A stretch of 63,166 nt of DNA, counting the filler, from Octopus bimaculoides (taxonomy: Eukaryota): NCBI RefSeq assembly GCF_001194135.2. It is 4 parts of 3 records of this genome, joined end to end, with 100 filler letters (N's around TTAATTAATTAA, not from the genome) between each part and the next. Parts side by side here need not be neighbours in the genome. Positions count along the whole stretch, not along the records: positions 1 to 15,913 come from NC_068983.1; 3 more parts are not named here. One strand, written 5' to 3'. Of the stretch, positions 1-11,433 are shown piece after piece. Each line of letters starts with the position of its first letter. Position 1 is the stretch's first letter. A model generated the notes under the pieces. The model ran no database searches, was not told the origin of the DNA, and saw nothing but the letters and a program-made list of their open reading frames with translations. The position numbers were made by a program, and so were the translations under genes.

Positions 1-47
1 TTTTACAGGGTCCATAACACTGGAATTTTGGAATGTGCGCATAAATA

Positions 48-817
48 TCAGATATATAAAGATGAGAATGTGTGTCTGTGTGAATCCCTAAAACTCGAGA
101 ACTACACAACCAATTTCATTCCAAATTAACACATGCCTTGCTTAGGGTCCATGTATTGTCTTAGGCCAAAAATTTTTTAACTTCTTGCATAGTTCGAGCC
201 CACAGCAATATCATATCTCCTCCACTATTTCAGTATTACGTGTCAAAAGTGAAACAATAACATCACTTTACTGCAATGTCAGATACTTTCACTTTAACAC
301 TGAAACTATTCCACTATTTCAGTGTTACCTGTCAAAAGTGAAACAATAACATGTCGCTACTGTAATTTCAAATACTTTCACTTTAATACTTTCAATTTCA
401 TACTGAAACTATTAAAGTGAGACTATACTCTCACATATATACAGGCATACTATAAAACCCAAGTTAAAAACATTCCCAACAATTCAACTTCTCTGGTTGA
501 CATTAACACACCCACCCCCAATAGGGGCCTTCATTCCCATATTTTAGAGCTCCATGAGCTCCATTTTGCAGGAGCAAAATCCTTTTTACAGGTTCCAGAA
601 GACTGAAATTTTGGAATATGCACATAGAGGTCAATAGTATGGGATACATGTCTCATGGTTAGAATTTTTTTAGGGTGTGTAAAGAAGGAAAGAACCCTCA
701 TGTGCAATTTTGATGAAATTCAAAACATATGTATTCCAGTTCCTTACAGAAAATATAACAGAAAAGTCTCATTCTTCAATTGCATGTAACAAGGGCAATG
801 CTGGGTATCTCTGCTAG
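48..817 (+). mobile_element. Non-autonomous Helitron-like element
   Basis: Starts A|TC (TCAGATATATAAAGATGAGAATGTG...CCCTAAAACTCGAGAACTAC) and ends GGGCAATGCTGGGTATCTCTGCTAG|T. Both ends match the copy at 27045-28348. The 5' TC, 3' CTAG and A|T target are Helitron hallmarks. Confidence 0.72.
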
Positions 818-844
818 TATATTATATGTTCTAATTAATGGTTC

Positions 845-1075
845 ACTTCCTGTGTTCACATCACTTCATCAACCAAGAGGAGATGGAGGCATTAGTGAAG
901 GGATTTTTCACCTCAAGAACTGGTATTAGCATGGTATCAAAGAGCTAGCAAAAAAGTAGCTTCAAATGGTGCAACATGATGGGTTCTACTTTGAATGCAT
1001 GCCTACTTTTGTAATAACTTGATGAATAAAGCAAATAAGTCACTAATATAGCAAAACATTTGACTCAGCACAGTA
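845..1075 (+). mobile_element. Mariner transposon 3' fragment (decayed transposase C-terminus and right end)
   Basis: Translates with frameshift/stops to FINQEEMEALVKGFFTSR...Y*HGIKELAKK*LQMVQHDGFYFE, matching the mariner C-terminal pattern FY..GI..L..RW..V..DG.YFE. Followed by a TIR-like end and TA. Confidence 0.62.
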
Positions 1076-1087
1076 AAACTAACTGTT

Positions 1088-1822
1088 CAAAATTTTGGCA
1101 CAGAGTAATTGGTGGGTGGGTATTCAATTACATTCACCCCAGTACTCAACTGGTATTTTATTATATTGACCCCCAAAAGGATGAAAGGCAAAGTTGACCT
1201 TGGTGGTATATAATAATAATTCTAATTTTCACACAAGGCCAGCAATTTTGAGAGGAATGGGTAAGTTGATTACATCAAACCCAGTACTTTATTTTATTTT
1301 ATTGTATGAAAGGCGAAGTTGACCTTGAGCATTTTGTTTGATGCACCAACAATTCTGCCAGCTTGTTGCCCTGATAATAATAATTTTTTCTTTCTACAAT
1401 GGACACAAGGCCTGAAATGTTGGTGGAGGAGACTAGTCAATTACATCAGGTCCAGTGCTCAACTGGTACATATTGAATCAACCCTAAGATAGAAATTAAA
1501 GTCAACTACAATGAAATTTGAACTCAGAATGTAAAGCCAGAAGAAATGCTGCTAAGCTTTTGTCAGGTGTGCTAATGATTCTGCAAGCTTGCCATTAATA
1601 ATAATAATCCTTTCTATTATAGGTGCAAGGCCTGAAATTTTGTGGGAGAGAGCAATCAATTACATCAACCTCAGTGCTCAACTGGTACCTATTTTATCAA
1701 CCCTGAAAGGATGAAAGGTGAAGTCGACCTCAATAGAATTTGAATTCAGAATGTAAAGACAGACGAAATGTTGCTAAACATTTTGCCTGGTGTGCTAACA
1801 GTTCTGCCAGCTTGCTGCCTTA
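1088..1822 (-). mobile_element. Head-to-tail cluster of about 4 tRNA-derived SINE (family A) copies, CpG-decayed
   Basis: Repeated ...GCACAAGGCC...TTACATC.ACCCCAGT.CTCAACTGGTAC...GAAAGGATGAAAGGCAAAGT.GACCT... units separated by (TAA)n. The minus strand carries A-box (TGGCAGAA) and B-box (GAGTTCAAAT) like motifs. Confidence 0.85.
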
Positions 1823-1833
1823 ATAATAATAAT

Positions 1834-4443
1834 GATAAGAAAGGGCTAAATGTAGTTCTTGAAGAGCTGAAACAAAGATTGCAGGCTAAAGCAACAAAAA
1901 TCAAGAGATATAACCAAAGAATTGAACAATATAAAATCAATAAATTGTTCCAACAAGACCAGAAAAAGGTTTATCAGCAGCTGAATGGAAAGGTTAACAG
2001 CAGTGAGAGACCAGACACTGAAGAAAGTGAAATGTTTTAGAGTAACATCTGGGACAATGGAAGAAAGTATAACAGAGAAGCTAAATGGTTGAAGGAATTG
2101 AGATCGGACAAATATGAAGGGAAACAGAGCAATATTAGGATAATGACTGAAATGATAACTAAACAGACAACAAAGATTCCGAACCAGAAATGCCCAGGCC
2201 CAGATGGGATACAAGGATATTATTTGAAAAATTTCCCAGCACTACACAGAAGAATAGCCATGCAAATGAATAAAATGATCAACAACAGGTTGCAACTCCC
2301 AAAGTGGCTGACCACAGGTAAAGCAATTCTTTGCCAAAAGGATCCCAGTAAAGGCAATGCAGTGGATAATTACCAGCCTATCACCTGCCTGCTCCTGATG
2401 TGGAAGCTAATGACAGGAATAATATCTAATTATGTATATAACTTCCTGGGAATGAATGACAAACTGCCAGTGGAACAGAAAGGGTGCAGAAAAAAAAGCT
2501 GAAAGAAAAGCCAAGGAAAAGCCAACTTCCTATTGACAGAATGTTACTGAACGACTGCAAGAAAAGACTTACTAATTTGGGTATGGTGTGGGTCAATTAT
2601 AAGAAAGCATATGACATGATCCCCATTCCTGGATTTTAGAAAGTCTTGAGCTGGTACAGGTTCTGATAACATCTTAAATTTTATCAAGAGATCAATGAAA
2701 AACTACTGGCATACAGAGTTAAGTACATGTGGAAAATTTTTGGTGAGGGTTAATATCAAGAGAGGCATATTTCAGGGAGATAGCCTATCATGATTATTGT
2801 TTGTGATTTATATGAATCCCCTTACACAGATACGACAAAAAGTGACATCATGGTACACCTTGAAAAGTAGAGGAAAATTAAATCATCTGTTATATATGGA
2901 TGACTTAAAGATCTTTGGGAAGACTGGGCCTAGTTTCAACAGTATATATATTCAGTAAGGATTTCAGAATGGAATTTGGGACTAAAAAGTGTGGTATGCT
3001 TATAATACAAAAAGCCAAAGTAGTGTTGTCTGATGGTGTAGAAAATTAAGAACAGCAAGAAAATTAAAGATATTGAAACTAATAGATACAAGAATCTGGA
3101 AATTTTGAAATATGACAACATCAAGGCAAGTGAAATGAAGGAAAGCTTTAGGCGAGAATATCTCAGAAGAACCAAATTAATTATGGAAAGTAGGCTCAAT
3201 GGAAAAAACAAGATCAGGGCAATAAACACATGGGTAATTTCCTTAATGCAATATGGTGCAGGTATTGTTTGATGGACAAAGTACAAGCTTGAGGAAATGG
3301 ACGGGGAAAACCAAAAAGTAATAACAATTAACCAGGAACTACACCCCAAATGCAATACTAACGGGTTGTATGTGCCTAGGAACAGGGGAGGAAGAGGCTT
3401 CATAGGATGCAAGATCTGAGATGGTACATCAAACAGCAGAGTGAGTGCTTGCTTACTGCTATGAGAATTAACAATACAATACCTACCGAAAATGTGGTGC
3501 ACCCACAAACATTTAAGAAACAAGATGAAAAAGACAGAGCAAATAATTGGAAAATGAAATCACTGCATAGGCAATACCTCAGAAAAATTGAAGGAAAAAG
3601 CAAGATCAACACTTGGAGATGGCTAAGAAAACGTGATCTGAAAGGACGTAAAGAGGCATTGATATGCAGCACCTAGGAACAAGCTCTGAAAACTAATTAC
3701 ACCAAGCTCCAAATAGATAAGAGCAGTAAATCACCTCTTTGTAGGATGTGTGGCAGCAGAAACAGAACAATCTCACATATTGTGGGTGAGTGCAGTAACC
3801 TGGCTCAAAAGCATTACAAAAGGAGGCATGATAACTGGAGGCTGTGTGAAAAGTATGGCCTGGACAGAGCATGGAAATGATATGAACATGAATCAGAAGG
3901 AGTCACTGAGAACAAAGAATATAAGATACTATAGGATTTAACAATCCAGTGTGACTCCTTAATCAATGCTTGGAGACCAGATATTGTTGTGGTTGATAAA
4001 GGAAAAAGAGAAACCAAGATTATAGATATTGCAATACCTGAAGATGCACACATCAGTGGCAAAGATTGAAAAGTACAGACCACTAAAAAGTGAAACTGTA
4101 AGAATGTGGACTATGAAGAAAGTGGCTTTCATTTCAGTAGTTGTAGGGACACTCGGAGCAGTAACAACCAAGTTTAAGAAATATGTCAGAGAAATCGGAA
4201 TTGACATGAGAGCAGAGCAAACCCATAAAACTGCTCTGCTGGGGACAGCTAGGATTTTGAGATTGGTACTTGGATGTTGAATGTCTTCCCCCATAATTTA
4301 CAATCAATTATCAAAGCTTATAATGTGCGGAAAGAGACCCTGTGAGACCTCTGACAACAGGCTACTGTTTGCTCTCACAGAATCTACCAGAGTAAACAAG
4401 ACCAAGTGCTCTGAGAAGTAAAACAACAATGATAATAACAACT
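1834..4443 (+). mobile_element. R4/Dong-like non-LTR retrotransposon (RT + CCHC + RLE endonuclease), 5'-truncated and inactivated
   Basis: Decayed frames give CPGPDGIQGYYLK, YQPITCL, EQKGCRK, YKKAYDMIPHSWI, RGIFQGDSLS, LLYMDDLKIF, LYVPRNRGGRG, CRMCG..ETISHIVGEC, RPDIVVVDK and IIDIAIP..KIEKY. Flanked by TAA-type repeats; many stops and frameshifts. Confidence 0.92.
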
Positions 4444-4781
4444 AAAAATTCCATAGTGGTTTTTTTAGATTACATTTTAATTAGTTTTGATTTTGTTGTT
4501 TAGCCACTGATCTGCCAAAATTGAGATAACAAATGATTAAAAGCATTCCAATTATGACCGGTCTGTTACTTTTAGGTATATCTAGCATTACATTATCCAC
4601 AATATCTGAATTCTTTGTTTAAGCTTGTCAGGTTTGACTCAAGGGACATTAGGCTGCTATTTCTAGCTTGTCAAATGACTGCATGACTTCTTCATTAGCA
4701 TGTGATCTATATTTATTAAGTAAATAAAGAGGTAAAATTTCGAATTTTTTATAATCCAGTTTATGACTTAAGGTGGACTTT

Positions 4782-4786
<5 letters not shown>

Positions 4787-4840
<54 letters not shown>
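4787..4840. repeat. (TG)n microsatellite
   Basis: Pure TG run. Confidence 0.95.
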
Positions 4841-4842
<2 letters not shown>

Positions 4843-6380
4843 GACCAGTTGGTTGGTTAGTTGGTTTGTTAGCAGAAACAGCTGTCTTCTCTCTTTTTAA
4901 CAACTTCATACTTGAGTAGAAATTATTTTTATTTGTACTTCTCTATTTTCTCTCGTCTGTATACAGAGTGCACCAGGTATTTGAGAACACACCTTTGATT
5001 GGCTATAAATAAAAGACAACTTCATGTTACAGAACACGTGCCAAATTTTAGCTTTTCTCTTTCTCTTTTAGACATTATTGACAGCATCAACATAGCGAAC
5101 TCGAATCTGAGACAGGAAATAAAAAAGTACATTGTTCTTGTGGCTCTAGACAAGGTACAGGTGCAGATACATAGTCAACTCCAATCAATGAAGGTACTCA
5201 ATGTGTGTGTGTATGTGTATGTATATGAGTGTGTATACATACATATGCTTTTATTATATTATGTGTTTTATATGTATGTGATGCAAAAACTTTTCATTCT
5301 TACATTAGAAGCCAACAAAACACCTGTTAATTATACAATTTTTCTGCTATTTTATATCAAGGGACAACTCCAGTCATGGGTTAACTTTATCTTCCATTGT
5401 TTTAGTGGTACAGCCTGCCTAATGATGAGCCTTGTCTCATGCTACCCGCTTTTCAAAAAAAAAAAAAAAAGGTTGACTATCCCTTTCTGTGGTACTTAGT
5501 TGTAGTGACAATGGCAGGAAGTGAACTGCTGACTCTTTGGGTGGTTGTTAGATATTCTGTTGATTTAGCCATTGATGACACCATGGAAAATAAAAAAAAA
5601 AAAATATTTATAACAGTGAACAGCAGAATTTCAAATTTTATTTCTTCTGGAAAATTCTGTTTTCAGTTTATTTCCTTATTTACTTATTTATTTATTTACG
5701 CTTCATCTTAACAAAAGGATATCATTTTTTTAAAATTACATTTTATTTTATATCATTTATATTTTTACCAAACTTTAAAATTTTTATTGATCTCTTATGA
5801 TGATTCCCAATAAATATATATATTTGCATGTGTGTATGTGTGTAAAATATAGCCAAAACTTTATCACAAAGGTTCTGCTTCAGAGCCTGGAAATATTTAT
5901 CTAGTGAGCCATTGTTAACTTACAACAAAGTTAAAATAAAATTCCACATAGGAGTATTTCTGAGTTCTGGGACAATACAGCTGTTACACACAGACAAAAT
6001 TCACGCAAATGAAGACCATTTTAACATTACCACACTAATTCACATGCATTTCTTATTCCCTCTGCCTCTTCTACTGTTACTGCAAAATCTTCTGAATTAT
6101 TTAGCTGAATGCACCTCTTTCCGCCAGGTTCACTCAATATACCTACCACTTTTTCCTATGTCACATCCCTTCCAAATCTTATATTAAACAGTTTAACACA
6201 ATCCTTCTCTACTATAGCTGCTACCACAACAGAATTCCCTCCCATGTTTTCCCTACAAATGTTCAACAGCAGATGTTGAAATCAAACCCGATCCTCAATG
6301 ATTCCATCATGTGTGAAAAAGAAGGAAGGGAGATGGCAATGGTCAAGAGGCACAACCCCTCTTAATCCAACTTCCCATTT

Positions 6381-6484
6381 TTATTTCTTCTTTTTCTTCT
6401 TTGTTTTTTTCTGCTTGCTACCAGATTGTTTACTCTTCTTAGTTTCAGATTTTCCTTGCCTCTTCTGATACTGGTTTGCCTGTC
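6381..6484 (-). CDS. Candidate terminal coding exon of an unidentified gene (Lys-rich C-terminus)
   Basis: Minus-strand acceptor ...TTTTATGATAATTTCAG|GA. Reads (R)QANQYQKRQGKSETKKSKQSGSKQKKTKKKKKK*, phase-compatible with the 8466-8527 candidate. No homology recognised. Confidence 0.3.
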
Positions 6485-7264
6485 CTGAAATTATCATAAA
6501 ACAAATGAAAACATTAGGACATGCAAAAGGTTAATGAACACTACCCATTTCTTATAATTAATATTATATGAAAAACAAAAAAATCCTTTAAGAATTAGAA
6601 ACTAGATATAACTTTGAAGCCAGTAATAGTAATAATTGTGCAGTTGTTATTGATTTAGTAGTCATTTTGTGGTTCTGATCTTTCATATGTTAATTATTTA
6701 TGTATTTATTTATTTAGTCAAGCAAGTCAGGTCAATAGAATATTGATGAACTAAGATCACAGGTTCATATCTTGAGACTACACAGTGGGGCAACATCTAT
6801 GCAAATGTGTATGTGTCAAGAAATATGTAAATAAAAGGTTACTCACTCAATTTTTTAACAACCTTTTGCAGAGCATTGAATTCTTTAGGAAGCCAGCTTT
6901 TTGGGTGACTTAATAAACTTCAGATGAAATGAAAATATAAATAAAAGAGAAAAAATTATGAAGATCTCTTATGTTGGTACAAGATCATAATTTTTCATTG
7001 ATTTCAAACACTGGCACAAATCAATCAAACAGATCTAAAAAAAAATTTATCACTTAATCAGAGGAGGAAGGAAAGTGTTCTTGGCAATTTTCACAGCCTC
7101 TGAGACTAGTGAAAAAAAGGAAAAGAATATATTCTCTAACTAGAGACCTTCCTGAATGTTTATAACAGAATAAATTTCCCTAAAGGTACCCTACAATCAG
7201 TTGGTGATAGTAAACCAAGCAATGAATTAGGTCTACCAGCCAAAAAAAAAAAAAATAACAGGAC

Positions 7265-7510
7265 CTCCAGTGGACTTCTACACAGTTTTTGCTTATCCAA
7301 CTTCCTTCGCAAGGTTTTGGCTGACTCGAGGCTATGGTCGTCAAGCAGTGATGGGAGACAAACACAGATACAAAGACATACACACACACACTCATACACG
7401 GTGGGCTTCTTTCAGTTTCCATCTACCAAATCTACTTGCCCAAAGTGCCACACAGTGGGACTGAACCTGAAACCATGTGTTTGGGAAGCAAACTTCTTAC
7501 CACACAGCCA
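7265..7510 (-). mobile_element. tRNA-derived SINE family B (CORE-like central domain)
   Basis: Reverse complement of the GTGTGGTAAGAAG.TTGCTTCCCAA.CACATGGTT.C.GGTTCAGTCCCACTG...GGGCAAGT consensus also seen at 16590 and 46440. Confidence 0.8.
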
Positions 7511-8465
7511 CACTTACATCTTATCATTTTTACATCTGATTTTCCATATTTGCCTGATTTTCCATTACATTGTTGTGTAGTGGCACGAAATTATAGCCGC
7601 CATTGAGGAAGTACTATTCTGCGCATGGGCAGGGGACTTCACCACCAGAAGCTCCTCGAGTTGCACATGCGTAGTAAAACTTGCACTTAAACCATGGTTT
7701 CACTTTATTAGGCGAGTTGAGCTCAGACCTTCTACATGACAACACCTCGCTCCTCCATGAAGCACTTTTACACTGTTCTCTGGCAGGCATCAAGGAAGAC
7801 CTTAACCTTCCATATACCAACTACAATCTAATCAGCGGCTGCTAAGCTGAATGACAGGAATTGTGAAACCAAGCATCATCATAAATAAACCTTTTTATTA
7901 TATTGTTAATTGTTCTAATGTCTCTTCATTCATAATGCTGTTGAAAGGTGATAGAGAGAGACTAAAGTCTCTATCACTATCTATCAAAACTTTTACACTG
8001 GAAGGTGATAGAGAGAGACTAAAGTCTATGACTACTATCAAACGAATTACAGTTGTTTAGACCTAAGTCAAAACTTAAACAGATAGACCTATGATCAATG
8101 GTGGTCAAGCCATGGCAATTTTATTTTTCTGTGTATCAGACACTAGATTGTATAATTTGTCTTTCCTTTATTGAGATGGTAAGCTTGTGATTTGATGGCC
8201 ACCTAAGACACCTGGTTCTACATAACAAAATTTACATTTTAAAGTGTTCATATCTGAATAAAAATCTTCCTCTAGGATTCTATGTGAAACCCTTTTTAAA
8301 TTTATGTTACAAACACCAGATAAAGCATGAACCTGATAGCTATTTCAATAAATCCCTCCAGCTTCTTAACTATTTTGAAATCAGTTTAAATACAAAGGTA
8401 GTATATTTTTTAAAAGTATGATACAAAAGGGTTAAAGTTTACTGATCTGTAAGATTGAGACTCAC

Positions 8466-8527
8466 TTCTTAGCTTGTAAATGTTGCAGGTAAGTGCAAAT
8501 CCTTCCTCACTGTAAGTACTAACAATA
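8466..8527 (-). CDS. Candidate 62-nt coding exon, unidentified
   Basis: Acceptor TTTTATTTGTTTTTACAG| and donor |GTGAGT. One open frame, IVSTYSEEGFALTCNIYKLR. Confidence 0.35.
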
Positions 8528-8735
8528 CTGTAAAAACAAATAAAAGTTTCACTAGCCTGTAATATTGATTTCAACTTGTCTGCCCATGGGTAAGCATCCA
8601 CTTTCAGAATAAGTGGTGATTGAGAGGTAGGTTAATGGCCAATTTATGTAAATGACTTCCTATAGAAGTTAATGGTCATAAGATTATATATACCAGACTA
8701 TACAGAAAGCCAAAATAGTGAGAAGAGCTATCAAA

Positions 8736-8769
<34 letters not shown>

Positions 8770-8802
8770 ACGCACGCATACACACACACACAAACACACA
8801 CG

Positions 8803-8845
<43 letters not shown>

Positions 8846-8866
8846 TAAGAAAATTAAAATGAATAC

Positions 8867-8945
8867 CAACTCAGATTCTGGAAACATTTTTGTGTCAACT
8901 TCCATTGCATAATGTAAAGGTCGGCCAGTAGGAGGATAAAGGCTT
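8867..8945 (-). CDS. Candidate 79-nt coding exon, unidentified
   Basis: Acceptor TTCTGTTGTCTTTCTACAG| and weak donor |GTATTC. Two open frames (SLYPPTGRPLHYAMEVDTKMFPESEL or AFILLLADLYIMQWKLTQKCFQNLS); with this donor only the second is in phase with the next candidate exon. Confidence 0.3.
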
Positions 8946-9189
8946 CTGTAGAAAGACAACAGAAATAGCACCATGAACAATATACAGAGATACAGTAGAG
9001 TGTGACAGCATATTGGTGAAGAGAGCAACAATAGCAATAACATCAACAGTATTGTGATAAGTTGTGGGTGTGATTAAAAGATTAAAGTAACTTTTTAACT
9101 GGTTGTTCTAATTCTGGATAAATTTTTCCTGGAAAGAGATAGGATGTTCAATACTCTGTTGATCATAGGCATACTCAGTGTTGATTATC

Positions 9190-9430
9190 AATGAGCTCAA
9201 TCAGTGTTGACCAGCAAATTTGCACAGTACAGGACTGGATGATGGAAGTTAATCTAGAGAAACAACTAAAATTTGCCACTACTAATAGGCAGTTGAGGGT
9301 TTGCCCATTGTACTTCAGTGAGGTGTATGAAACCCAGGACATTTCAGGAATAAGCAGAGGAGCCATCAAGAGCACCATAAGAGCCACTGAAAAAGCATAT
9401 AAATGCCTCTGGCTTAAAAGAGGTGATTAG
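9190..9430 (+). mobile_element. Decayed 3' fragment of an RLE-type non-LTR element (HERO-like)
   Basis: DWMMEVNLEKQLKF...ISRGAIKSTIRATEKAYKCLWLKRGD resembles the DW...DL.KQL.FP...AE.AS.WLWLKR.D C-terminal pattern of HERO-type elements, with internal deletions. Confidence 0.5.
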
Positions 9431-9619
9431 TGGGGGTGGGGGTCAGTAGAATGCCTCTTGGACACAGGCCTAGGCTTGATCAAACAAGGTCAAGTCAACT
9501 GGATGAGGATGTAAGTTGTAAGACTTGAAACATGCAGTAACCTCAAGATACAACACTGCTGATATGTCCTAGTCTTACATTTGTAGATGTATGTTGAACA
9601 AGTGTGGGTGTGGGGGTGC

Positions 9620-9731
9620 CGGCAAGGCTGTATGGTTAAAATATTTGTTTTGCAACCATGCAGTTTTGGGTTCAGTCCTATTACATTAAGCAAGTGATTT
9701 CTTCTATAGTCTCAGGCATCATACTCACACC

Positions 9732-9770
<39 letters not shown>

Positions 9771-9990
9771 ATGCATGCATGCTTATCTCCTCATTTTGAC
9801 ATTATGCATTCAATGTAAACAAACTTCATTATTGTACAAGCAGTGATATTTGTTTGCAATTTTCTGTGAAAATATGTCCAGACTAAGAAAATATATTATT
9901 TGCTTGGAAATGGGTAAGGGTTGGTGACAGAAAGAGCATCCAGCTACAGAAAATTTACCTCAACAAATTTCATCTGATCAATACAAGTGA
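9620..9990 (+). mobile_element. Decayed SINE B head plus downstream SINE fragment
   Basis: GCTGTATGGTTAAAATATTTGTTTTGCAACCATGCAGTTTTGGGTTCAGTCC head; GGGTTGGTGACAGAAAGAGCATCCAGCTACAGAAAA central motif. Confidence 0.6.
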
Positions 9991-10387
9991 TAATAAAATT
10001 ATCTGGACCAAAAATGCTTTCAACTTTTTAGAATTTTCAGCTGGCAGTAAAACTTGCAATTAATGACAGATAATAAAATTATTCAATAGATAGTATTTAA
10101 AAGTTTTGAAATTCTCCAATGTAAAGGAGATCCAATTTCATAAATATATTAATAAGTGTTGGAGGTATACTTCATATAACATTGTCTTTACAATCACATA
10201 GTTTTAGAATGACATTGTAAACAAATTAAACAATATTACTATAATTATGGCATGTTTATATTTTCAGAATTTATATCTAACAGGGAGGACAATGTTTAAT
10301 AAACATGTATTTGTAATATGTAAGATATTCAATGCATATGTATTTATTAGGCAACAGATATATAACACGGTGAAACATTCATATGTA

Positions 10388-11031
10388 CAAAGGTGGGCTG
10401 AAAAGTTTATTGGCTAACTATGAATGAGTAATGCTAGAGCCGTGAAATTTTGCATGCAGTAATTTAAACTCTTTTCTTATTAATAACGCTATTGTTTCTT
10501 TTCAGGTATACTGATATCTGAATGTTCAAAGAAGACTTCAAAAGTAACTAGTAGAGTGTTCTCTTGAAAATTGGCAAAATTTGGCATTGTAGTGTTATCA
10601 AGTACGAAGGACATTCATGCTGACATGCTTGCTACATTAGGGGATGATGCTCCAGCTTTATTAACAGGGCAAAAGTGGACAACTGAATTTAGAAGAGGAA
10701 CAAAGAGTCTTGAAGATGACCCAAGGTCTGGATATCCTGATACTGACACCACCGAGGAAAACATTGATCATGTTCACCACATAAGATAGAGGACAGGCAA
10801 TTGGCTATAAATCAAATAACCAATACTATTAGCATATCCATGAGAGCTGAGAATATTCTGCACAATGAACTTGGCGTGATGAAGGTTTCTGATCAAAAAC
10901 GCACCAGGATGATCACATCATGGGAATATCTGAAATCTAACATTGTCTGAGGCAGATCCAGCTGAATCTCTTGAATGTTTTATAACCCAGGATGAGTACT
11001 GGCTTCATCAGTTTGAGCCACAGACAAAGAG
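10388..11031 (+). mobile_element. Mariner (irritans-like) 5' half, truncated transposase pseudogene
   Basis: TA followed by TIR-like CAAAGGTGGGCTGAAAAGTT. Protein KDIHADMLATLGDDAPAL..QKW..EFRRG.KSLEDDPRSG.P (HTH region) and FITQDE.WLHQFEPQTK (first catalytic D). Truncated at microsatellites. Confidence 0.85.
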
Positions 11032-11078
11032 TATATACATATATATACAAGTAAAAGAGTATATACATATATATACAC

Positions 11079-11079
<1 letters not shown>

Positions 11080-11150
<71 letters not shown>

Positions 11151-11165
11151 GTCTGTCTGTCTGTC
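11080..11165. repeat. (ATCT)n / (GTCT)n microsatellite
   Basis: Direct reading. Confidence 0.95.
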
Positions 11166-11265
11166 GATCTATGTATCATAATTAATAAATCTCAGGGTAG
11201 CAAAAAATTTTTAGAAATTCAATTTACTACCGGTGGTCTAGCGAGAAAAAAATTAGTCAACAGAC

Positions 11266-11389
11266 TATATATTATTCATTTAAAATACAGTGTACATTTA
11301 ATACACATCAGAGATGCCTGCAGATGTCCTATTATAGGCATCTCTGATGTGTATTAAATGTATACTGTATTTTAAATGAATAATATATA
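11266..11389. repeat. Long inverted repeat (54-bp arms, 1 mismatch, 16-nt loop)
   Basis: TATATATTATTCATTTAAAATACAGTGTACATTTAATACACATCAGAGATGCCT ... AGGCATCTCTGATGTGTATTAAATGTATACTGTATTTTAAATGAATAATATATA. Confidence 0.92.
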
Positions 11390-11433
11390 TATATATATAT
11401 ATATCTGTAAAAATATGTGACACTTATTCAGTA

